A stretch of 32,000 nt of DNA, from positions 2,370,001 through 2,402,000 of the forward strand of contig OY969938.1 of assembly GCA_963704755.1 (NCBI GenBank). Direction: 5' to 3'. This DNA is from an uncultured Chloroflexia bacterium (GTDB taxonomy: Bacteria; Chloroflexota; Anaerolineae; Anaerolineales; Anaerolineaceae). Position 1 is the stretch's first letter. Each line of letters begins with the position of its first letter. This document shows positions 7,680 to 15,603 of the stretch, one piece after another. The position numbers and the translations under genes were made by a program. The notes under the pieces were generated by a model that saw only the letters and a list, made by a program, of their open reading frames with translations, was not told where the DNA came from and ran no database searches.

Positions 7680-8924
7680 TTAACTCCAGGCAGGGAATGT
7701 CGGGTAATAGCTGACCGCATTCGGGATACCCTGCTCGATCATGACCTTGGCGGCCGGGTACTTCTCCAGGTCGATTTGTTGCAGGGCAGTCTGGCGGGTG
7801 GGCAGCATGGAGCCTTCTTCGAAGAATTGCAACTGGCTCTCCGGCTCGCTCATGAACTGAATGAATTCCCAGGCTGCGTCAGGGTTCTTCGAACCATTGC
7901 CGATCGCGAAATGAGTCCCGCGGCCGATGGTATTCCCGGGGAACGGTACGACGATCAGGTCGGAGGCGAGGTCAGGGTTGCCTGCCAGGATGCCGCCATA
8001 GGTCGCATAAGGGCCTTCGATATAGGCGACCTGTTCCTGAGCCATCAAAGCCACCTGGCCGCCATAATCGACCTCGGTTACGCCTGGGGGAACGACTTTG
8101 TCGGTCGTAACCAACCCGGTGTAATAGGTGAAGGCTGCGATTGCTTCCGGCAAATCGATCAGGGTATCGCTGTAGTCCTTATTGAAGTAATCCGTACCGA
8201 AAGCTGTAAACCAGGGCTGCATCCACTGCCAGCCGGGCCACATGCCAAACGCGTATTGATTATTGGCGGCATCGGTCAATGCCAGGTTGGCGGCCTTGAG
8301 GTCGTCAATCGTTTTGGGAGGATTATTGACCGGATCCAGGCCGGCTGCCGTCCAAAGTTTATTGTTGAGGTACAGGACAATCGCATCCCCTTCGTGCGGT
8401 ATGGCATAGACTTTACCGTCAACAGTAGCCGCCTCAACCATATATTGAGAAAAGTCACCCATGAAATCCTGGCCACCCGCCTGGTCGATGTATTGATCGA
8501 GCGGAAGGAATGCACCAATAGCTACTTCCGACGAAATGTCGGTCAGGTTTACCTCAACCACATCCGGGGGGTCGCCCGCCAGAAACTGGTTGTTGAGTTT
8601 CGTAACTTTATCGGCGTTTGCAACTGGCTCGACCTCGACCTTGATATTGGGATGGCTGGCTTCGAACTTGCTGACCAGGTTTTTCAACGCAGTCGCTGCA
8701 GGTTCTTCGGCTAAGCGCCAGGACTGAAAGCGAATCGTAACCGGTTCTTGGGTAGCCGGGGCAGTGGTCGGTGCAATTTCAGCCGGCGTCGTAGGGGCAA
8801 CCGCTGGCTGAGTTGGTTCTGATGCTGCCGGCACTGTGGGGGTCACCGCTCCGCCACATGCTGTTAGCAGGAAGGTCAAAACCATCAACATACTGATTCC
8901 TATGGAAAGTCGCTGCTTATTCAT
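7680..8924 (-). CDS. ABC transporter extracellular solute-binding lipoprotein (sugar family), apparently truncated by a nonsense codon
   Basis: 414-aa ORF with a signal peptide and lipobox (LTFLLTAC-GG), followed by a Pro/Thr/Ala-rich linker. The body is typical of family-1 sugar SBPs. The same frame continues past TAA 7680-7682 for 36 more codons (CATILQDALTSTLLGQTEPEAALKDAATQIRAILAQ) to TAA 7569-7571. That stretch is the canonical SBP C-terminal helix. Confidence 0.85.
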   Translation of the reverse strand: MNKQRLSIGISMLMVLTFLLTACGGAVTPTVPAASEPTQPAVAPTTPAEIAPTTAPATQEPVTIRFQSWRLAEEPAATALKNLVSKFEASHPNIKVEVEPVANADKVTKLNNQFLAGDPPDVVEVNLTDISSEVAIGAFLPLDQYIDQAGGQDFMGDFSQYMVEAATVDGKVYAIPHEGDAIVLYLNNKLWTAAGLDPVNNPPKTIDDLKAANLALTDAANNQYAFGMWPGWQWMQPWFTAFGTDYFNKDYSDTLIDLPEAIAAFTYYTGLVTTDKVVPPGVTEVDYGGQVALMAQEQVAYIEGPYATYGGILAGNPDLASDLIVVPFPGNTIGRGTHFAIGNGSKNPDAAWEFIQFMSEPESQLQFFEEGSMLPTRQTALQQIDLEKYPAAKVMIEQGIPNAVSYYPTFPAWS

Positions 8925-9053
8925 TCTCGTTCCTTTGTTTGCTGCATAGATAAAAAAGTTGGCAATCGAAAATTCATATATCTGTTTAGGAAATCGGCTT
9001 ATCTCAGGCCTCCTTTTACAAAGAAAATCAATAACGATAGAACGGTTCGCTTT

Positions 9054-10049
9054 CTAGAAAATTGCTTTGTCCCAGACCATCTTGAATACTCGTAAAAAAT
9101 TCAAGCCGAGGATCTTTTGAATATCGCTTGCGCTATAGCCTCGCTTCGCCAGTTCTGGGGCAATGGACGGAATATCGAATTCATCTTCCAATCCTTCTGT
9201 GGTTTTCCACGCTCCGGGCAACATATAACCACCCACATGCCAGCGGACTTCTTCACGATGGCTGAAATTTTGGAACAAATCTGGCCCTAATCCCACATGG
9301 TCAATGCCCACCAGGTCCACCGTGTAATCCAGGCAAGCCAGGAAATCGTCCAGGGTGGGCCGGCTGCCATCCGTACGGGTGGTGCAAATGGCAGGGTGTC
9401 CGTTGATGCCAATAACGCCACCGGTTTCAGCTATTCCCTTGAGGATTGCATCCGGCAAATTGCGGCGCACCGGGCATTTTTGGTATGGGTTCGAGTGTGT
9501 GGTTACAATGGGGTCTTTGGTGACTTTCAAAGCGCCTTCGGCAGTTACCCAACCGCAATGGGCGAGATCGACCAGAATACCCACCTGGTTCATTACCAAA
9601 ACGGTTCGCTCGCCAAAGTAGGTCAGTCCGCGGTCAGGTTCTTCCATGCATCCATCCCCTGCCAGCGTGTGGTTCATGTAGGTCAATTGGGCAATCCGGA
9701 TCCCCAACTTGCGGAAGAGCCATAGATTGGTCCAGTCTTGTTCCATGGGCGTAATGGTTTGTAATCCCAGGATCAAACCGGTTTTTCCTTCGGCCTTGGC
9801 ACGTTCGAGATCGGTAGATTTCTCGACCAGGCAAAGGGAATCCGGGTAAGCCAATAACCCGGCATAATATTCCTTCAACCGGTCCAGCATCTTCTCCGCA
9901 GTCTCGTTGTGGGCGGCCAGGGTCACGTGGGCGCCGGTAATCCCTGCCCGGCAAATATCTTCAAATGCGTAGGTCGTACCGGCCATCGCATCGATGACGA
10001 TTGAATTCCGGTAAAGTTCTTGAGCCTCTTCAACAGATAGATTTGACAT
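9054..10049 (-). CDS. M19 (renal/membrane dipeptidase) family amidohydrolase homologue with non-canonical metal site
   Basis: Start ATG at 10047-10049 (MSNLSVEEAQ...), 7 nt after GGAGG. The longer ORF-track start at 10100 would overlap the kinase gene. It is collinear with DPEP1-type sequences: RAGITGAHV, LGIRIAQLTY, GLTYFGERTV..MNQVGILVDLAHCG, IVTTHSNP...VRRNLPD, VGLGPD, EGLED...NFLRVF. The HxD motif reads DAMAG and the bridging Glu reads Gln. Confidence 0.8.
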   Translation of the reverse strand: MSNLSVEEAQELYRNSIVIDAMAGTTYAFEDICRAGITGAHVTLAAHNETAEKMLDRLKEYYAGLLAYPDSLCLVEKSTDLERAKAEGKTGLILGLQTITPMEQDWTNLWLFRKLGIRIAQLTYMNHTLAGDGCMEEPDRGLTYFGERTVLVMNQVGILVDLAHCGWVTAEGALKVTKDPIVTTHSNPYQKCPVRRNLPDAILKGIAETGGVIGINGHPAICTTRTDGSRPTLDDFLACLDYTVDLVGIDHVGLGPDLFQNFSHREEVRWHVGGYMLPGAWKTTEGLEDEFDIPSIAPELAKRGYSASDIQKILGLNFLRVFKMVWDKAIF

Positions 10050-10071
10050 GTCATAACCTCCAACAAGGTCT

Positions 10072-11607
10072 CTATCGCTTATTGATCCGCCGATTTTCAT
10101 ACGCGGTCACTTCATGCATCAAATCCTTCAGATGCTGATAGGTCTGGCAGTATTTTTCATAATAAAAATCGTAATCGGCTTTATGGTCCTGGTTCGGTAA
10201 AACAGCCTGGCCGAAGCGCACCATTTGATTAATCGCGGTTGGATAATCCGGAAAAAGTCCAACGCCAACCCCTGCCCAAATGGCGGCGCCAATGGCGGTT
10301 TGCTCTTTTTCGACTATCAAATGGACGGGAATACCTAAAACATCTGCGAGGATCTGGGTGGCAAGTTCACTGCGCGCCATACCGCCGCTCGCCGAAAACC
10401 TTTGGATTTCATAACCACTGCCGGTCAATTGATCTAAAAACTGGCGAACGCCATAAGCGATGGCTTCATAAAATGCCCTGAGCATGTGGGCTGAAGTGTG
10501 CCATAAACCCAATCCCCAAATAGCCCCGCGGGCATTCGTGTCTCGGATGGGTGACCGGGAGCCCTGAAAAAATTCCGTGACGACCAGCCCGTTGCTTCCA
10601 GGAGTCAGAAACGCAGCTTGTTGTTCCAGGCGTACCTGTTCTTCAGAAAGGCGCTCCGGGTAAGCCTCGGTGAAGCGCGTGAGCAGCCACTGAACGGCAC
10701 TTCCGGTAGTCGTTTGGCCGCCTCCGACCAGGTAATAACCTTTAGCGAGGGCATCCGGGCGGGCCGAGATCGATGGCCCGAGCGGCCTGTCGGATTGGCA
10801 TTGAATGACGGTGGACGTGCCGTGGCTCATACCGATATCGCCGATATTAAATGCGCCCAAACCCAACATTCCGGCCGTGGAATCCATCCCCCCTTGAACA
10901 ACCAGGGTTTTTTCGGATAAGCCGGTGATTCGGGCAACATCCGGATCGAGCGAACCCACAACCGCCCCAATTGGCAAAATGTCAGCAGGCCATTTTGATT
11001 GGGCACCGGCCAGGCCGAGCTCTTCTAGAAATCCCTTTGGCCAACCGCCCATTGGGTTGGCATAACTCCACTTTGCCACCAGGTGGTTGTATCCTAAGGT
11101 CCATTTTCCGGTCAGATGATAAGTAAAAAAATCAATCTGCTCGACAATGCGGTAGGCCCGGTCAAAAACACCTTTCTCATGATGCATCATCCACAACAAT
11201 TTCGGGAGCATCCATTGGGGAGATACTTCGCCACCGGCAAAAGACAACACCGGGTTGTGCGTCTTTTCTACTTCGGCTGCCTCCTTTACGGCTCGTTCAT
11301 CCATCCACATTATTGCCGGCCGTAATGGATATCCCTTCTCATCCAGTACCACGACAGTACAGGAGGTGCATGCGTACGAGAGGGCCACAATTTGGTCTAC
11401 ATCCACACCAGGCTGGTGGGCGATCTCGGTCAGCGCCGCGAGTGTTGCGCTCCACCATTCATTGGCATCCTGCTCAACATAACCAGGGGTAGAAAAATCA
11501 ATACTTTGGAACTTTACGATTGATTCAGCAATTTTGACCCCATCCACACGAAAAGCACAAACTCGGGCACTCTGGGTACCAATATCGATTCCAATCAGGG
11601 ACTTCAT
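10072..11607 (-). CDS. FGGY-family carbohydrate kinase
   Basis: About 511 aa from ATG 11607 (MKSLIGIDIGTQSAR...); TTG 11613 is an alternative start. FGGY hallmarks are present: GIDIGTQS, WMDERA, GGMDSTAGMLG, HGTSTV, SGGMARSELATQILADVLGIPV, GAAIWAGVG. Confidence 0.85.
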   Translation of the reverse strand: MKSLIGIDIGTQSARVCAFRVDGVKIAESIVKFQSIDFSTPGYVEQDANEWWSATLAALTEIAHQPGVDVDQIVALSYACTSCTVVVLDEKGYPLRPAIMWMDERAVKEAAEVEKTHNPVLSFAGGEVSPQWMLPKLLWMMHHEKGVFDRAYRIVEQIDFFTYHLTGKWTLGYNHLVAKWSYANPMGGWPKGFLEELGLAGAQSKWPADILPIGAVVGSLDPDVARITGLSEKTLVVQGGMDSTAGMLGLGAFNIGDIGMSHGTSTVIQCQSDRPLGPSISARPDALAKGYYLVGGGQTTTGSAVQWLLTRFTEAYPERLSEEQVRLEQQAAFLTPGSNGLVVTEFFQGSRSPIRDTNARGAIWGLGLWHTSAHMLRAFYEAIAYGVRQFLDQLTGSGYEIQRFSASGGMARSELATQILADVLGIPVHLIVEKEQTAIGAAIWAGVGVGLFPDYPTAINQMVRFGQAVLPNQDHKADYDFYYEKYCQTYQHLKDLMHEVTAYENRRINKR

Positions 11608-11643
11608 TCTCAATCCAATCTGCCTTGCCGGGAGTATGGTGCT

Positions 11644-12447
11644 TTAGATAAGAACTGGTTTCACAAGGTTCATGAACTTTTCGGCCCGGGAGGAATCCAC
11701 GGGGTTCAACAATTTGCCATTTTCGCGTAAGCAAGTGGCAACGATGACCCCGTCAGAATTTTCCAATAAAGATAGAGCGTTGGTAAAGGATGTTCCTGAC
11801 CCTACAACCAGGGGAACATCCGGGGCAGCCGCGCGAACTTTTTGAAAGATGGCCGGTTCGCAAGCCGGCAAAGTAAATCCATCTACCGGCGTGTTTTCGA
11901 TCACACTCTTTGCCTCGGCGTCGGGGGCGCGATCCACCAGTTGGGGTCCGAGAATGGAAGAGAGATTATGCAGAAAATACGGCTGCTCAATTCCGAGGTT
12001 GGCCCTGGCGCGAAAGACCGCCGGACCCTGGGTTTCGATAATGCCCATGTTGGTTGCGTAGCAGCCAGAAAACAATCCGCGAATAAAGGAAGCGCCGGTA
12101 GCATGGGCAATGGAAAGGCCGGCCATCGCGTCAATCAACACATTCACACCAAAGGGTATCGAATTGTTCTGTTTTACTTCCTGTATGGCCGCTACAAAAG
12201 CAGCGATTCCCTCTTGGGGTAAATGCTGCACATAAGGCATGTCCGCTTCATTCGTAAATAACAAAGCCTGCACACCTTGATCGACCAGGATGTGGGCATC
12301 CCGTTTGGCTCGTTCGATAATTTTCCTCATACCGCCTTCGCGATCGTATGCCGGGCTTCCGGGCAAAGGCAGGAAATGGACAGCAGCAATGACGTACTTC
12401 GAAGATCCGAATAAGGCATCAAAGGTCTTGTTCATGTGAGTATTCAT
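11644..12447 (-). CDS. BtpA/SgcQ-family TIM-barrel protein (paralogue 2)
   Basis: 267-aa ORF with VIAAVHFLPLPGSP, ALLFTNE, SIAHATGASFIRG, VDGFTL and PLVVGSGTS...SDGVIVATCLR. It is collinear with 567-1358 and with BtpA family blocks. Confidence 0.8.
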   Translation of the reverse strand: MNTHMNKTFDALFGSSKYVIAAVHFLPLPGSPAYDREGGMRKIIERAKRDAHILVDQGVQALLFTNEADMPYVQHLPQEGIAAFVAAIQEVKQNNSIPFGVNVLIDAMAGLSIAHATGASFIRGLFSGCYATNMGIIETQGPAVFRARANLGIEQPYFLHNLSSILGPQLVDRAPDAEAKSVIENTPVDGFTLPACEPAIFQKVRAAAPDVPLVVGSGTSFTNALSLLENSDGVIVATCLRENGKLLNPVDSSRAEKFMNLVKPVLI

Positions 12448-12475
12448 CTTTCAAAAAAATTTTTTGGGGGGGGAC

Positions 12476-13144
12476 TTAGAACAACTCGCTGGGCAGGTCT
12501 ACTTTCGTAACGTCACCAAAGATGTTTTGCCCGTGGACCATCAGCAAGTTGCTGACTTTCTTGGAATTGTGGGCTTTAATCGCAGCAACAATTTCTTTGT
12601 GAGCCGATAACGATTCTTGCATCCTACCGGGAATCCGGTACTGGCTCCTGCGCAAATCAGTGATCTTGGATTGGTCGTTCAGGTTATCGATAATTTGAAG
12701 GAGATTCGTATTTCCACAATTGCCATTTAATATCGAATGAAATTCCACGTCGGCTGTGGCATAAGCCTCGATGTTCTGCTCTTCGATGGCTTTACCCATG
12801 TCGACTAATAAGCTATCGAGCTGCATAATTGAGCCGGCCGAAATGGACTGGGCGGTAAGCCCACCCGCGAATGCTTCCAATACCTGGCGAATGGCGAAGA
12901 CTTCCCGCGCGTCCTCCCAGGTAAACAAACCGACAAAAGCTCCCAGATTTGGAATGATCCGAATCAGTTTTTCGCTCGACAAACGGTGCAAGACTTCTCG
13001 TACCGGAGTTCGGCTAACACCAAACCGTTCAGCCAATTCGACCTCACGCAGCGGCGTGTCGCTGGGCAGTATGCCTGAACGAATCTCTGCTTTTAGAGTC
13101 TCGTAGATCTGAGAAGAATTGCTCGTCCTTTTTGATCGGGGCAT
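12476..13144 (-). CDS. GntR-family regulator with FadR-type (FCD) C-terminal domain
   Basis: Start ATG at 13142-13144 (MPRSKRTSNSSQIYETLKAEIRSGILPSDTPLREVELAERFGVSRTPVREVLHRL...). The ORF-track start at 13192 falls inside the promoter mapped just upstream. The C-terminal all-helical part is FCD-like. Confidence 0.85.
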   Translation of the reverse strand: MPRSKRTSNSSQIYETLKAEIRSGILPSDTPLREVELAERFGVSRTPVREVLHRLSSEKLIRIIPNLGAFVGLFTWEDAREVFAIRQVLEAFAGGLTAQSISAGSIMQLDSLLVDMGKAIEEQNIEAYATADVEFHSILNGNCGNTNLLQIIDNLNDQSKITDLRRSQYRIPGRMQESLSAHKEIVAAIKAHNSKKVSNLLMVHGQNIFGDVTKVDLPSELF

Positions 13145-13182
13145 AAGTGTTATCCTGATATTGTATTTTGTTTGTGTTATGA

Positions 13183-13223
13183 TTGTATACAACCATAATA
13201 CAACGGTCTCGTTTCCTTGTCAA
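13183..13223 (-). promoter_or_regulatory. promoter TTGACA-17 nt-TATTAT with adjacent TTGTATACAA palindrome (candidate GntR operator)
   Basis: The reverse strand reads TTGACA (13218-13223), aggaaacgagaccgttg, TATTAT (13195-13200). The perfect 10-bp palindrome TTGTATACAA (13183-13192) sits at the predicted start site and fits the GntR-type GT-N-AC operator logic. Confidence 0.5.
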
Positions 13224-13241
13224 TAGACAAAGGAAGAAGCG

Positions 13242-13670
13242 GTGAGCCGGCTCCTCACCGAGGAAGAAAACATCCATCCCATTTTGATCGAAAAAACTGA
13301 AGGTGTGTCTGAACAGGGATCCAGCTCTGGCGGGAACAGCCCAAATGTGCTTCGTTTGACCGAAGAGGGAAAACTTGCTTACAAAGCCCTAGCAAGACGT
13401 GAACCTGTTGGAAACGAGTATGACCGGTTGATCCGATGCCAATCCTCACCTGAGCATACGATTTTAAACGACCATGCTGCAGAGTTCCTTATGGAAGCGG
13501 GTTATCTGATTAAAGGGCAGGGTCAAGTAATTCACTTGCCCAATGGCGGTACATTCATTCCGGATAATTCTGTCATCAACCCTGCAACCAGGGAATTGAT
13601 ATTTGTGGAGGGGGAACGGGATGTACACAAAGACAAGATGACAAGAAAACAGAAATGGATCAACCTGTAA
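13242..13670 (+). CDS. hypothetical protein; possibly a truncated wHTH plus PD-(D/E)XK-like nuclease-fold protein
   Basis: 142-aa ORF with a GTG start inside the gntR promoter region. It contains ...VLRLTEEGKLAYKAL (end of a winged helix), then SPEHTILNDHAAEFLMEAGY...FIPDNSV...LIFVEGERDV...KQKW (PD...E.E-like layout). No RBS is seen, and the frame ends where a regulator remnant begins. The call is tentative. Confidence 0.3.
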   Translation: MSRLLTEEENIHPILIEKTEGVSEQGSSSGGNSPNVLRLTEEGKLAYKALARREPVGNEYDRLIRCQSSPEHTILNDHAAEFLMEAGYLIKGQGQVIHLPNGGTFIPDNSVINPATRELIFVEGERDVHKDKMTRKQKWINL

Positions 13671-14001
13671 GAGGCTTCCAATTAAAGATGGCACAGGCCG
13701 GCGAACTGGCCGGGGCTATCCGCGCTGCGCACGCCGGCCATACCACCCTTTCACCAGAGGCCGCCCAGCCATTGTTCAAACCGTCCAACAGCCATCGATG
13801 CCTGATTTTGATCTTACAGAGCGTGAGCTTGAAGTTCTAAACTTGATGGTTGAGGGGCTGAACAATACTCAGATTGCCGGAAGACTGGGTATCAGTCCTT
13901 CTATAATTAAGTCCCCCGTCAGCAACATCCTGTCTAAATTAGAGGCTGGCAGCCGCACAGAGGCAGTCACGCTTGCTTTGAGACACAAACTCGTCTCCTG
14001 A
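13670..14001 (+). pseudogene. NarL/FixJ (LuxR-type) response-regulator remnant: receiver domain missing, frameshift before the HTH
   Basis: One frame reads ...GFQLKMAQAGELAGAIRAAHAGHTTLSPEAAQPL (the linker region of NarL-type regulators). The HTH follows in another frame (13798-14001: DLTERELEVLNLMVEGLNNTQIAGRLGISPSIIKSPVSNILSKLEAGSRTEAVTLAL). No receiver domain lies upstream. Confidence 0.6.
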
Positions 14002-14103
14002 CCTTTTTTCGCAAATAATGCCTGGAATCTCCCCCAACTGGCGGAGAATCACACTCCCCGACTGATGGATGCAACCGGGCAGTATTTGTTGTAGTATGAA
14101 TTC

Positions 14104-14475
14104 ATGACTCATGTTTTTAAGGCCGGCTAAAAAGATTCGAAACGAGAGCAGCGGGTAGCAACTTTTAAAGTCACCCAATTTGTCTGGCTGTTCCTGGGCC
14201 TGCTCGAAACCCGGATTGGACTGCGTATCGGGTTCGAACTGATCGTTGCCGACCCAAAAAGCCCAATTGTCCAATTTGTGGATCGTTTCACCAGTCCCTT
14301 CGTAAATCCCTTAGCAGGTTTAAGGGGAACGCCGGCTGTGAGTGGCTTAGTAGTGGAAAGTTCGTCCATAATCGCTATATTCGGTTATGCCTTACTCGCC
14401 CGGGAGCTTGAAAGAATAACCCGGTTAGCTTTTTGTCATCCACGGGAGGGTGTGGAAGGCATGATTAAAAAATGA
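14104..14475 (+). pseudogene. YggT-family membrane protein paralogue inactivated by an in-frame TAA at codon 9
   Basis: ATG 14104 gives MTHVFKAG, then TAA (14128-14130), then KDSKREQRVATFKVTQFVWLFLGLLETRIGLRIGFELIVADPKSPIVQFVDRFTSPFVNPLAGLRGTPAVSGLVVESSSIIAIFGYALLA... This is collinear with the intact gene at 20796-21263 (QRAVTFKATQLIWLLLGILEAMIALRVVFKLIG...TGTPAVGNMVLEISSIIAMLVYLLIA). Confidence 0.65.
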
Positions 14476-15603
14476 CCGACCATCCCGACCATGTCAAGCT
14501 GCTTGAGAGCTGGATGAAGAGCTACAAGCCAGAAGAACTGTTCGATGAGGATGGACGGCTTATCCCGGAATTGGCCGATATGGCGCCCAAGGGTGGCCGG
14601 CGGATGGGGGCCAATCCTCACGCCAATGGTGGAATTCTGCTGCACGACCTGCGTATGCCGGACTTCCGTGACCACGCGGTGAAAGTACCTTCACCCGGAG
14701 CCGTTGATGCCCAGGATACGCTCGTGCTGGGTAAGTTCTTGCGTGATGTGGAAAAGCTCAATCAGGATCAGCGGAATTTCCGCATCTTCGGTCCCGACGA
14801 GACGGTCTCAAATTTGCTGGGCGCGGTCTTTGAAGTAACCAATCGTCAATGGGACGCCCAAACAGAAAAGAACGATGAGTTCCTCTATCGTGCGCGCCTA
14901 CCTTCCTCCAGATGCCAACTGCCTTTTATCGGTTATAGATCACTGCCTGCGCAGCCGGAACTATGTGAACGTGGTGGTTGCGGGAAAGCATGCATTGCCC
15001 CAATGGCTGACCATGGAAGAGGCAGTCGTACATTGCACAGAAGGAATTGGCATCTGGCAATGGGCCAGCAACGACCAGGGCGCCGAACCCGATGTGATCA
15101 TGGCATGCTGCGGAGACACGCCCACGTTAGAAATCCTGGCCGCGGTATCCATTCTTCGTAAAAACCTGCCCGATCTGAGAATTAGAGTGATCAACGTCGT
15201 TGATCTGATGAAACTCCAGTCGCAGAGCGAGCACCCGCACGGATTGAGCGAAACGGATTATGACTCGCTCTTCACGAGAGACAAGCACATCATCTTTGGC
15301 TTCCATGGTTACCCATCGTTAATCCACCGGTTGACCTACCGCAGGACCAATCAGAACCTGCACGTCCGGGGCTACAAAGAAGAAGGCACGATCACGACGG
15401 CTTTCGACATGAGAGTGCAGAATGATCTGGACCGTTTTCATCTGGTGCAAGACGTAATCGATCGCCTGCCGGATTTAGGGAACAAAGGAGCCTATCTGAA
15501 GCAGATGATGCAGGACAAGCTTATCGAGCACAAGCAATACATCGACAAACATGGCGAGGATATGCCGGAAATCCGGAATTGGAAGTGGGATGAACCTAAA
15601 TGA
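14472..15603 (+). pseudogene. xfp: phosphoketolase remnant: N-terminal part missing, internal deletion with frameshift
   Basis: The first frame reads [25 protein letters not shown]...[12 protein letters not shown]...[24 protein letters not shown]...NDEFL. From about 14880 a second frame reads [34 protein letters not shown]...[20 protein letters not shown]...[20 protein letters not shown]...FHGYPSLIH...[27 protein letters not shown]. The conserved segment between these blocks (LSEH...TGRHG...WRQDHNGFSHQDPG) is absent, and so is the whole thiamine-diphosphate-binding N-terminal part. Confidence 0.8.

Noticed and set aside
10050-10100. Longer N-terminal extensions offered by the ORF track (dipeptidase-like from 10100, GntR from 13192, MFS from 31918, eRF1-C-like from 24274)
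   Set aside because: The extensions overlap the upstream gene or the mapped promoter. They lack an RBS and add non-homologous residues, whereas internal ATG codons have good Shine-Dalgarno spacing.
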